Source: Balanoglossus misakiensis (taxonomy: Eukaryota > Animalia > Hemichordata). Taken from it: a stretch of DNA of 64,000 nt. The notes beneath the pieces were generated by a model, which was given only the letters and a program-made list of their open reading frames with translations, did no database searches and was not told where the DNA came from. Below are positions 24,501 through 36,593 of this stretch, in pieces; within the stretch, counting starts at the first letter, position 1, and the number at the start of each line of letters is the position of its first letter. The stretch covers positions 10,221,483-10,285,482 of the forward strand of contig CM082582.2 of the NCBI GenBank assembly GCA_040954595.2. The letters are read 5' to 3'. The position numbers were made by a program, and so were the translations under genes.

Positions 24501-27500
24501 GTACTAAAACCACTGAACTCGACTCAACAAAAAGTACTTCCAAGCAATTAACCCATGGTAAAGATTTTGCATAACATTTTTACAGGAGGGTGCTTCGGGA
24601 ATGGTAACTTCTTGTCCGATCACACCAGCTCCGTCGTTGTGGTCGATGACCGGTCACTGGACATCCTTGTGTCGTACGTGTTCCGCCTGGAGGTGCACAA
24701 GCCGCCGAGAGTCGCGGGCGTGGCGGAGCAGACGATCAGGGTTGTGCCTGGATCACCGCCACTTCTCCAGATCAGGTAATGGTTGAAATGTCGAGGCTGG
24801 TTGGTTGGCGCGTGCATTGGTGCGCGAAATGCGCATACCAAATGAAGGGTATCGTGAATATTCCTTCCCACTGAGGGCCGTCAAAACGGACATGGTCATC
24901 AAACACGTCACATTACATTACATTACATTTTGTGTGTCTATCCCCAAGGTGTCTTCATAACTGCGACCGTAAGGTCAACCCGTCCACCAAGTTTGTCTTG
25001 ACCGCTCACTGCGCGGACTGCGCCGGGGACCCCACCGTGAGGTATATGTGGGGTTTGTACGACAGTGGTGACGTGGCTGTGACTGGCGTCGACTTCGGCG
25101 AACGGACTCTCCACGGTGGATCCAGCAAACACCTGTTTTTCAAGCCTTACGCCCTGGCAAATCTGACTGAGGGGACGTATACCGCGAGGCTGTTAGGTAA
25201 GACTTGCAAATTGGCCAATAGGAGACCAGCCGGCGAAAATCTTTTGAGTGTCACTGGGGGAGCGGTAACGTTTAGTGTTTTTCAGCGTTTATGAGAAGTG
25301 TAATTATTTACGAGTATTTTGTCATCTCCCCGTAGTATCTGCAAAGGGCCGGGCTGAGGGCGGGGCGGAATACAGTTTTTCCATCAACCGACTTCCCGCC
25401 GTCGGTTCCTGTTCCGTCACTCCGTCCCACGGCTACGTCCTCGACACCCAGTACGCCATCCGGTGCACCGGCTTCAGCGATGAAGATTCGCCGCTGACGT
25501 ACACGTTTCTGGCGGTTACCGGCGCGGGGAAGGAAACCACGATCACTTTGCTGGAAACAGAACAGCAAGCAGGCTCCCTTCTCTACTTCGGACAGCAGCC
25601 CAGCGTGGAGTCGACCTACTTACCGACGGGAGTCGCCGAGCGAGACTACCGCGTGGACATCGTTGTCACGGTCTCCGACATTTACGGAGCGAGCGTTCAA
25701 GTTCAAACCTCGACCACAGTAAGTTAGCGATTGGCCACTTCACTGATATTTTGAGAGGATGTGGTCACAAATATCAATCTGAAAAGTTGTTTCTCGACTT
25801 CTTTTTCCCTCCCTCAAACTATTTTCCAGTCTCAATCTGGATATTCAACAAGCCACGAATGATCTTTCGAAAACATGATCTTAGTCAAGTCTGAGAACTG
25901 ACCATGACTGAACGTAACTGTCCTTTTAGGTATACGAGACCCCGGGTGAACCTGGTGAGATTCTGGACAGGCTGTCCGACTTGATCGACGGGGAAGATTC
26001 CCTGCTGCAAAGGCTGTCGGAATATAGTGACACGCAGTCAATGACACAACTTCTAACTATGGCCAGCTCTACACTACAGAACTTAACTTGCAGTGAACTT
26101 GGTCCTGAATATGTGCTGTCAAGCGGAGAGGTATAATGGTTGCATTTATTGTCATTTCTAAAAGTATGTTGAAGGGCGAAGATTGTCCAAAAATGCATGG
26201 CATTGTCAAAAACCCCGTGAATATGAAATGAAAGAGGTAATATAACCGAACAGTGAGATTCTTACTAACCATGCGATTGCCCATTACTTCGACCAACAGA
26301 TTCGCACAACCATAGTGACGTCACTGTCAGCCATGCCCGTGGACTCCAACGAAATGCTACAGCAAGTATCATCAGCTATGAACCTGGCCACGCAGGACAT
26401 GACTTGGTTCTCTGAACAGACGCAGGTATGTGTTCGCCTAGCGCGGGACGGTTTTGCGAGCCGTGGTGGGTTTGTAACTATCTAACTAATCTTTTATTGG
26501 CGCAGGGCATCATGTTGTGTCGACTTAGTTAACAAACATCTCATTTCTGTTTTCAAACTAGCTGGCTACTGTCAATGTATTTGTTGAACTGGCAAGAGCT
26601 TTGAAGTCGACGTCAGAGAAATCCCCGGAGAGAGCTGTGGCAAATTCGGCATTGGCGTTGGGGGCGTGTCTCTCAAACGCCATCGGTGCTCTTGGAAGAT
26701 CTGCGATGGAAGGAAGTTGCAGCGGTGATGCGGATGATGGCGACAGCGATGACGAAATGGTACTGATGAAAATCCAATATTGTTTGTAGGCTATAGACAG
26801 TAGCTCAGAATCGTTTCATATAGTCTGTCTGGGGTGTTTTGTTGCAGAATCTTTACACATAAAAGTACATGTAGAAATCCACAGAAGAAAATGTGTCTTT
26901 GGTCTACTCAGACCACAGATATGTGATATCACGGCGATACAATCAATGCAGCATCCAGCATCTACATTGATTTAATTTCTTTCCACGTTTCAGAGGCGCA
27001 ACGTGACCTTGACTGTCCTTGGAGCACTGGGGGACATCCAGTCCGCCATGGCAGCAAACAGAGTCGTCGCTGAACCTGTCACAGTGCTGGTAACCCCGGC
27101 CTTTTCAGCCGCGTGGGACAGACTGGAAGCAGGGGATCTCGATGGAGCGGCTTTTCGGGACAACGAGACCGGTATCAGATACCAGTTTCCTGTAAACGGC
27201 TCCCTCTCGCATTCGTTACCGGAGAATTACACAGACGCCGTAGACTTGCAAGTGAGAAAGTGGTCATTTTTTCACATATTAAGCGCATGTGCTGTGCATC
27301 ATGAAACAACTAGTGTCCACTTTAAAATGTATAGCCAATATACACTCCTTGTGTAACCTCCTATCTCTATGTCTGTCTGTCACTCTCCCTCCCCCTGTCC
27401 TTCTTTCTCTCCCTCTACCTCTCCCCTCTCTCAGAGTTATTTCATGCCATTCAACCCATTCGCGTGGGACAGCACCGGCGAAAAAATACACGACGGGATC

Positions 27501-30500
27501 ATCGGACTCAGAATGAAGTTACCCAATGACCTGGAGGTCGAAGGTAAGTAAAAGTAAAAATCACCAAGACAATCGAAGCCTTGAGACACGTTCACTGTGA
27601 TTCCGCAGCGCATGCTGAATTCCACGGCAACACAGCAGCATTTATGGTTTTTCCTTCCGATTTTGACAATTACAGTTGAAGACTTATCATCAGACATCGA
27701 AGTCTTCTTGCCCCAGACGGCAGTGGAGACGCAAAGCAGCTCAGTTGTAGTGGACAGCACCAACGCGACATTGCGCTCTGATTTCACCGTCGACGCCTTG
27801 GGAACGTCCGTGCTGATCAGCGTGGAGACCGATGAAGCAGACCTGACTTTTCAGTTTTACGTGCGATACGGCGCCGCGCCGAGCCCGACGGAATTCGACG
27901 AAACCATCGCCCTGCCCGCGGCAGTGAACGGCGCCTGTGACCAAGGAGACTCGTGCCTCTGGTTTCTTTCATCCGGGTACCTGAACAAGATGGGTACCTA
28001 TCGCATCCTGGTTATCCTGGATGGCGTTCTTCACGATGAGAGCGCAGCTGTTACCATGGCGATGTACACCGCCGACTGTTTGTACTGGGATGATAAAGCC
28101 GAAGCGTGGTTGAGAGATGGGTGTACGGTGAGCATGATGTTTCAAAGACGATTACTGTAACGCGTAATTATACATAGACAATTTCATAGCAAAGTCACGT
28201 GTCTGTCGTCGACCACTGATTTTTAACCAGATTCCCCCCCCCCCTTCCCGCTGTAGGCTGGACCCTTGACGACGTCCTCCAGCATCCATTGTCTGTGCAA
28301 CCACCTGTCGGTGTTCGGCGGGTCGATGTCAGCTTTGCCTAGCACCGTTGATGTTGAAGACACAGTCGACTTCATCACCCCTATCGTGGAGAGCCCCGTC
28401 ATGCTGTCGACATTGGCGTGTGTATTCGCTGCGTATTGCACCTTGGCTGTTTGGTCTTTGAGACAAGATCGGGTGGACAGATCTCAGGTACGTCAACCTG
28501 AAACACACATGCAGAGTGTGATACGGATGACATTATGGCCTCCAGCGTCACAGTCTTTGAACAGTTTTCTACGTTACAGCCAGCTATACGTTGTTTCTAT
28601 AACTTGACTCGTTGAAATTGTCCTCCTTAAAGATTTTTGTCGCTTTTGACAGTCATTTTCGGCTACGAATAGGTAGGCCTAATGGCGAACGAACAAATTG
28701 GTCACACATCTCAATATTTCTCTTCTTAAATAAATCACGAAACTCTTGTCACTTTTTCTCCAGGCCAAGATCTGTGTTTTAGAAGACAACGACCCGCGCT
28801 CATCGCACTGCTATGGGATCACAGTCCACACCGGGTATCGCAGAGGAGCCGGGACGTCGGCCAACGTGGTTTTGACCCTGCACGGGAAAGACGGCAAAAG
28901 CGAGCCCCACGTGCTGCGTGATGCGTCGAGAAGTGTGCTGCAGCGAGGGGACACCGACACGTTTCTGCTGACGACGACCCAGTCGCTTGGCAACATCGAG
29001 GCCATCAGACTGTGGCACGATAACTCAGGAAACAGTCCAGAATGGTTTGTTAGCGACGTGATCGTGCAAGATTTAGAAACTGAACTTCGCTGGTATTTTC
29101 TGTGCAACACTTGGCTGGTAGCAGATGATGTTGGTTCGGGTTTGATCGACAGGGTCTTCGGAAAGGCTTCGGTGGATGACTTGAAGAAATTCGAACCGTT
29201 CTTCGTCACCATGGTTGCGTCGGGACTGCGAGATCGCCACCTCTGGGTTTCTGTCCTCGGCCGGCCGGCGCGGAGTCATTTCACTCGCTTCCAACGCCTG
29301 ACGTGCGTCCTGTCACTCGTGACGTGCTCCATGCTGGCGAATCTGTTGTTTTACAGGGTGATGAATGACGGCTCCGACAAGCTGAACTGGCGGGTGCCCG
29401 TGATCGGCATCGCGAGCAGCGCTGTGGTGTGGCCGATAAACACCGCCATCGTGCAAATCTTCAGGTTTCTCGAACCAAAGAAGCGGGAAACAGCGACCAG
29501 TGATGCGGATACCGAATCATCCCTGTACGACCAGGCGTCTTCTCAACGAACAATCGACATCGATACCCCTCCGTCTTCTGGTCCACAACCCCATCCTTCC
29601 GAGTCCGAGGAGCATACGTCGGCCTCCAGCGCTGCCAGCGGTCCGTCGCAGAAGTCCTCGCAAGAATCCGGCTCCGATTGGACGGACTTCAGCTCGGAAG
29701 CTTCGTTTTTCTCCACGAGCTACGCCAGCACGGCGGAAAGCTTGCGGGAGTTGAGCGCGAACGAATTCATCGTCTTGACGCTGAACCAGTTCCGCGAGGA
29801 CTGCGCCGGGGCGCTGCTGGAGCGCAAGGAGGCACCCACGAGACAGGAATACAAACACTACGACGTGAACTTGGAAGTCTTGCTCAAGGTGATGAACATC
29901 ACGCAAACCCCGGACGTGGCTACTCTCCCGGGGATGGAGGATTATGCAGATGTAGTAGCAGCGAAGGGCCGAAGATCTTTTAGAATTGTCCTTTCCTGGC
30001 GGTTTTACTACGTTGCTTGGTTGCTGCTCGTTGCTACGACTTCGATTTCCACCTATTACCTGATACTGCACAGCATTGAGTATGGGGAGGCGCAGTCTAT
30101 CCACTGGCTGATGTCTGTGTGTACGTCCATCTTCCAAAGTATAGTCGTGGAACAACCAGCGTTGGTAGGTAGAAGTTAAACTTGCACTTCGTGTATGGTC
30201 AGTATTACAGTGTGAAATAAAGCATCGTCACCCTCTGATACAAGTATCATCATTGACAAGTTATTCTCATTGACAAACGATCCTAATATTTTGGCCCAAG
30301 TGCGCAGCAGAGGAGTTCAGACGATGCATATAAGTCTCACAGATACATGAGAGATGGAACAGATTTAGGTTAAAATTTTGACAACTTGTCTATTTTTTCG
30401 TTTTAGGTCCTTTTCGTCGCATTATTTTTCGCGTTATTCGTTAAAGATTTGGACGATGGCGAGATTTGTCCCGAAGATTTTGATGAAGCACTTACACAGG

Positions 30501-30760
30501 CCGGTGAGCGAGATTTTTGCTTACACTTTTAATGAATTTAACGGATCTTGTGAGTTGGAATTGCTGGCGAAGTTTCAGTCACCAGCATAGTCAAACCGAA
30601 ACCGCGTTACATTCAAGGAATTAATCCAGTACATGTACTATTGTCTCTCTGTTCCTGTCGTTGGTCAGTTTATTTTGACAGTTTAGATATGGCCGTAGAG
30701 TACGTGTCCAGAATTCGCCAGGAAGAGGTCTATATGCCACCACACCAGAAGACGTTGTAG
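21508..30760 (+). CDS. Polycystin-1 family protein B: signal peptide, several PKD/Ig-like repeats, REJ, GAIN/GPS, TM1, PLAT, TM2-5, then stop before the channel domain; about 2050 aa
   Basis: Exons 21508-21613, 21739-21885, 22089-22271, 22415-23002, 23192-24199, 24323-24475, 24586-24775, 24949-25196, 25336-25718, 25930-26130, 26300-26425, 26562-26759, 26994-27251, 27435-27543, 27676-28127, 28257-28487, 28764-30164, 30407-30503 and 30687-30760 sum to 6153 nt and join in frame. Collinear with copy A from DSIAALYLIND onward. GPS CLCNHL/SVF. TAG at 30758-30760. The 5' exons are less certain. Confidence 0.8.
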
Positions 30761-31090
30761 AGGAAATGCACACAGGAGGAGGATCGCCACCTTGCGAAGA
30801 TATAACGACCGACACGGCTTCGATGATATAAGAGGAAGGAGTTGTACATTGGACGTGCACTTGTCGTCACGACAGCCGTTGCTTGACAACGGCCAACGAA
30901 AGCCAGTTGTCCCTTTTCGAGAACCATTGTATAGGAAACGAGTAGCTCCGTACAATATTGGGGACCTTGAATTCGCCCTAGCAACGTCAGTGGAGAAAAC
31001 CTGCACATCGATTTTAAAGACAATCCGGTGTTTGGGCGTACTTTACGATTTTAGTATGACCTGTGAGATTTTGTATGTCCTTTTCCTAGT
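30761..31090 (+). pseudogene. Degenerate remnant of the polycystin channel domain of copy B
   Basis: FSMTCEILYVLFL (about 31050-31088) matches FVMACEILYVLFI of copy A. YNIGDLEFALATSVE resembles A's YVANLGAELESSVE. The spacing is collapsed and interrupted by stops. Confidence 0.7.
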
Positions 31091-31681
31091 TCGGCATAGA
31101 AGAATACTCGACTCGAAATGAGAAAATCGTGCAAAATAAATGGATAGCTGAATAAGCCTGAACGAAATTCAAATCCACAGTGTACATGTATGCTGTCTGT
31201 AGTGACTCATGGTCATCGCGTAAACTTTATTTTCAAGGTGTAGCCTACTCAAAGAATTTTGGAATTATTCAACGACATCTGACCAATGATTCAATGATAG
31301 GCATGAACTTTGTCTCATTTGTGACGGTGGATTGGCCATGCGACACTAAGATGGGGATGTTAAATGAAATGAGTTATTTATCGGTTGGCACCAATTGCCT
31401 TTGCACAGCCGGTCCATATATTAAACCAAACTATATTTTATGTTATGAATAAATTCATAATTATGAAAATTGTTGATTTCGCATTATATCCACTGAACTG
31501 CTGAAAATTGCTAATCTTTGACTGACTTTGTTGGAAATTTATAAACTGGGCAGCTCATTGGAAACACAATAACGCTATTAAGTCAAGTTAAAGCATCTCT
31601 ACAGATATTTTCTTTTTATCATATTTATGATACCTTTGATACGAAACCGGGTTTATGGATACGAACATGACGAAAGTCCGA

Positions 31682-31892
31682 CCAATCACTTCTTTCGAAC
31701 TCAGTTGACCCATAATGACGTCATGATACAAGATGCGCATGCGTTAATACGCCATCTTGTCAACTGGTCGTGAAGGTCAGCTGAGCTTGAGTCAGAGATA
31801 TATTACATATTGACAATTATTTGCAATTCAACGTTAAAGCAGAAGCTGCGGAAGAATCGCCTGTGACCATCTCTTCACATTTTATTCCCAAG
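31682..31892 (+). promoter_or_regulatory. IST1 housekeeping-type promoter and non-coding first exon
   Basis: CCAAT at 31682, CRE TGACGTCA at 31716-31723, NRF1-like TGCGCATGCG at 31734-31743, YY1-like CGCCATCTT at 31750-31758, and a donor AAG|GTAGGT at 31892/31893. Confidence 0.6.
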
Positions 31893-32404
31893 GTAGGTAA
31901 ACTTCTTTTTCCGTCAGTAATCGAACCGACACAGGGGTTTTCCTGGACCGATATTCAATGTTTACAAAGTTAAGTTTTGCAGCCAACATCACTGTCTCCA
32001 CTTCCGTGTTCTTACCTGGTATAAAGTTAGTGATTATTAGGCGAAGACAAACGTGTCAAAGAGAAGAAGCGATCAGGCTGTGTCCAGCATATCTTGCCTA
32101 CACCCATACACCGAATAATCCTACATTGTTGATGCACGATCGATTTTGTACTCGAATTCAGGCTTATGACTATGTAGCTAGTCAAGTGAAGATTGTAGCC
32201 ATCAGGCTACACTTTACAGTTAGTGGATTCCCGAGCCTGTTAGTCTATGTGATTGTAGCAGTGATCGATCATGGATCATGTACGTAAATGACTCAAGATT
32301 GGCCACTACCTGCAGGGAAAAGACATAAGCTAACAAAGTTGATAACAACTATTCCTGGTTTGGTATTTACAGCCTTACTGTTACACAAGAACAAAAAGAC
32401 CATC

Positions 32405-35400
32405 ATGTCGTGGGGAAGTGGCTACAAAGGATCCAAACTGAAGACAAATCTGCGGTTATCCATCAGCAGATTGAAACTGATGGAAAAGAAGAAGAGTAGG
32501 TTTGGCGTTTTGTTAAAGTTTTGTCAGAAGTTGTTTTCTTACTAGATCTGAAAAGTGGGCAGGTCTCTTAAGTAGAACAGAGTGCTTAACTTTGTGCTGT
32601 TTTTGATGTTGAATTTATTCTTTGCAGCTGAGCTTGCCCAGAAGGCCAGGAGAGAAATTGCAGATTACATAGCGTCTGGAAAAGATGACAGGGCCAGGAT
32701 AAGGGTAAGGAAACCATGGTTACTGTGGAGTTCTCCATGCTGTCTTGGTCCCAAAGAATTCCATCTGGATGCTCAAATATTGGCATCATCTGTGTCAAAC
32801 TTGGTTCTGACAGAATTTCTTTTGCGTATTTGGTCTCATTCACAGACTCAGATCATTCATAGCTCAAAAATGATCCCTTTTTTCACAGGTAGAGCACATC
32901 ATCAGAGAGGATTATCTGGTCGAAGCCATGGAACTTCTAGAGATGTACTGTGACCTGCTGCTGGCTAGGTTTGGCCTGATAGAAACCATGAAAGCGTTGG
33001 ATGATGGACTGGCCGAGGCAGTGTCAACCATCATATGGGCATCACCTAGGATGCAGACAGATATCCCGGAAATCAGAGTTGTACGTTAAGTTTCAAGAAT
33101 AAATGACTTTTGTCAAGGAATTTAGCGAAACTCCATCAAAGTTAGCAAACACAATTTGTGAAAATTTGTGATTTGCCATTATGAAACCCTCCCATTGACT
33201 TTTAGAATATGTTTGTAAATTTAACTGTTGTAAGTAATTTTATGCTCTTTATTGCTGCCAAGGTTTCAGATCAACTGTGTCAAAAGTACGGCAAGGAATA
33301 TGGAAAGCTGGCACGGGCAAACGAAACAGGAACAGTCAACGAAAGGGTGGGTAGCTTTTAGTTCGGATTCTGTGATCAGTGAAACTTTACCTGCAGAGAA
33401 CTTGTTTGTGAGAGTTGTTGAAAACAGATCCTTTTGACAACAGAAAAACACGTCCAAGTATGTAATGGATGGCTGTATTTTAGTTGGCCTAACATAACAA
33501 TGCCATGTGTATGATTTTATATATATTTTTTAATTGACAGTTTGTTCTGAAACTGAGTCCAAAGGCACCACCCAAGATCTTAGTGGAAAGATACCTTGAA
33601 GAAATTGCAAAAAGTCATAATATCACGTACGAGCCAGACCCATCAGTGATGATTGTAAGTACGGCATGTCATGACATGAAAGAGGTATTGCTGTCAGTGG
33701 CACATGATATTGGCTTGGAGAACAATCTGAGACAGTGTCTGTATTTGATTGAAGAAAATATTTGATGACTTGTTCTGTTCAAGATGGGACAGGATGGCCA
33801 TAATAATCATGTTTTCTTTCATCTGTAGGACTCAGAACTTGAGCTTAACCCAGTGGCAACTGACGATCTCTTGATGTTTGACGATACCAGCAACACAAAG
33901 AGTGGTCCTCCCCCTGGTGGCATTGGCTTTGGTGGTCCTAGTGGTGGCGCACCCGGTGGTGGTTATGGTGGTCCTAGTGGTGGCGCCCCCGGTGGTGGTT
34001 ATGGTGGTCCTAGTGGTGGCGCCCCCGGTGGTGGCTATGGTGGTCCTAGTGGTGGCGCCCCCGGTGGTGGTTATCCTAGTGGTGGTGCCCCTGGTGGTGG
34101 CTATGGTGGTCCTAGTGGTGGCGCCCCCGGTGGCGGTGGTATGTCTGCACCCATGATACCCAGTAATGCAGTTCCAAGTGTTGGCCCAGCGAATCCGAAT
34201 GCACCATTTGCCTACCCATCAAAGGTAGGTGTTATACATCTTATATACTGGATCACACACACACCATCACACACACATACATTCACACATATACAATGTA
34301 CACTTTCTTAGACGGATGAATGCACACACATTGAGACAAACACACAAAACATACACCCTTACAAAGGGTGATACTTGACTCTGTTCACGTTATATAGCTG
34401 TCTTAGCAGCTTGCATTCTTTGCCATCAAATACAACTTTTCACACTGCCATGATCTGTGCAGTAATTACACCCAGTCAAGACAGAAAATTTGCCAGTGAA
34501 CCCGTCAGTAACACAAATGCGTTCCAATTTGCTTTCTTTTTCATATGAAAATTAAAATCTAATCTGCTGATTTTAATTATGGGTAAGATACATTTGATTA
34601 CAAAAAAAAAAAATGAAATAATCTCTCATTGTAATTTTAGTGTCTCTAAAATAACTGACTTAAAAACTGTTTCTAATTTTCTTGTTGTAGAATCTTTAGT
34701 TTGCATTAATCAATAACAACAGCCTCATATTCTGATGCTTCTAATGCTGCGTTGCTTATGCTGGTAGCTGTGAAAACAGTTCAATGATGTGATTTTTGCA
34801 TCACGACGTTTATAGTCTACAACTTCTTCCTCAAGACATTAATGTCTGACAAAGCTTACTCCAAAACATGCACCTTATTTGTGTCTGGATTCTCACTGTG
34901 TATTTGTTTTGCATTATGAAATAACCAAAACTTCTTTAGTGAATTTTTCTAATTGCATGCAATGTTTACTGACTAGCATATTGGTAGTGACTTAATCCTA
35001 TCTAGAGTTTATGGTTTTTGCTTGAAGATTTTATAGTGTTATTGCAACAGTAATATATGATTGCACCTTCTGGGTGAGTTCAATGTCGAAATACCAACAC
35101 TCAAACTTCCATGTTGTAATCATCTCTGCAGACAGACGAAGTTAAGTGTTGCGTATTTTGCCATCGTCCCCAAACTTGGCCGTTTCACTTTTTTTTTTTA
35201 GCATAAGTTCTGATTTTCTGTTTGCAGGATGCTCCTGCTGTTCCTCCTCCTCCCGCAAATTACCATCCTCCTCCCTCCTCTAAAAAGGGAGGGCCGCCTC
35301 CTCTGCCCGGCCGCCCACCGGCGACAGCTCCTCCGCCCTCTTACAATGGCAGAGAGTCGAGCTTGACACCGGTAAGTGAAGGAACACTTACTGATGGGTG

Positions 35401-36593
35401 GGGCTTCTTGTGGTGTAGTTAGAATACAGAATTTATCCCTTTACAATAAAACGTTCCTATAATTTCTGTGGTCACTTGATCACAGCATCACAATAATGCA
35501 TGGGGTTAATTGGTTAATGCTTAACTTCACTGCATGTAAAATCACTTTGCATTGACATCCCTCATTCTGGCTACTAACATTTGCAATTAATAGTAATTCT
35601 ATCCTAAGGTCTCATGCACATAAAATAATGTATTTCTGTTCGATTGTCAGTAAGAATCAAACCTAATAATCCACCTTCTTATTAAGTACAAGATACTTCT
35701 GAAAATGCTGGGGAAAATCCAATAATAAATAAAAATAATGAAAAAAAGTCGCCAAAAAATAACTGCTGTTTTCTTTTTCCAACTACCTAAACTAAGTATA
35801 ACTACAGGTAGAATACAAGTAGAGTTTTTACTCAGAACTTATGGGACATTTGACTTGTATTTAGGAGATAGAAATTGTTATATGTGAACATCACATTTAC
35901 AACCATACACACACTACACATGTAATGTTTAAATGTCATGCATTTTTCCTGATATGAAGTTCATTGATATATACATTTAAATGTGTAAGTGCTTGTCTTG
36001 TTTTCATGCTTTCCAAAGAATGAAGAACAACATACATGTGTATGTATATGCACACTGGCAGAAGAAATGCAACAGACCAAGATTGTCTTCATCAGACCAA
36101 GGCTACATGTATGTGGAGTTTGCTGCCTGCTGTGTATTTTCCCCACGATTTCATAAGATTTGATCGACATTTTTTCTCTTTCTCTGCAGGCTCCATCATA
36201 TGAAGATGCGTTGAAAGACTCTGTGTGTAAGTACCAATTTTCATAACGATGAAAAGAGCAAAAACATGCACATCGGATTGATACATGTATGTAAAGAATT
36301 TGATTTAGATATTCTAATGTATTTCTGTATTGTGCTTCTATTGACCAGATCCCCCTCCGTCAACTGGCGCCTCAAATTTCTCACAGCCGTCAGCACCAGC
36401 TCCCTCACCCTTGCCTCCACCAACGAATCCGGTGGAAAGCAAAGATCCCGGTGGCAGCATTCCGGACCTCCCAGCAGTGCCGACGTCAAGTCTTCCGGGA
36501 CTCGACACAGTCGGCAGCACATCCGCCGGAGGTGACGATGTGGACTTTGACGATCTCACGAGACGGTTCGAAGAACTTAAAAAGAGGAAGTGA
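32405..36593 (+). CDS. IST1: IST1 homolog (ESCRT-III-associated factor)
   Basis: N-terminus MSWGSGYKGSKLKTNLRLSISRLKLMEKKK, then ELAQKARREIADY..RARIRVEHIIREDY, and a C-terminal MIM1 DFDDLTRRFEELKKRK. Exons about 32405-32495, 32628-32704, 32889-33080, 33263-33346, 33541-33654, 33829-34224, 35228-35371, 36190-36226 and 36349-36593. Confidence 0.95.
33931..34140 (+). repeat. Coding minisatellite with a 36-bp unit (GGPSGGAPGGGY) inside IST1
   Basis: Six tandem units of ggtggtcctagtggtggcgcccccggtggtggttat; the fifth is shortened to 30 bp, and all are in frame. Confidence 0.92.

Noticed and set aside
29517-30155. 212-aa antisense ORF, plus many other alternative-frame ORFs across both polycystin genes
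   Set aside because: Explained by the codon bias of the real CDS on the opposite strand or frame.
30758-30810. Stop-codon readthrough or selenocysteine-type rescue of polycystin B
   Set aside because: The stop is TAG, a second stop follows within about 15 codons, and most of the channel sequence is physically missing.
33878-34156. Hydrophobic repeat ORF (VVLVVAPPVVVM); repeat array considered as CRISPR-like
   Set aside because: It is an off-frame reading of the IST1 minisatellite. The units are contiguous with no unique spacers, and the context is eukaryotic.
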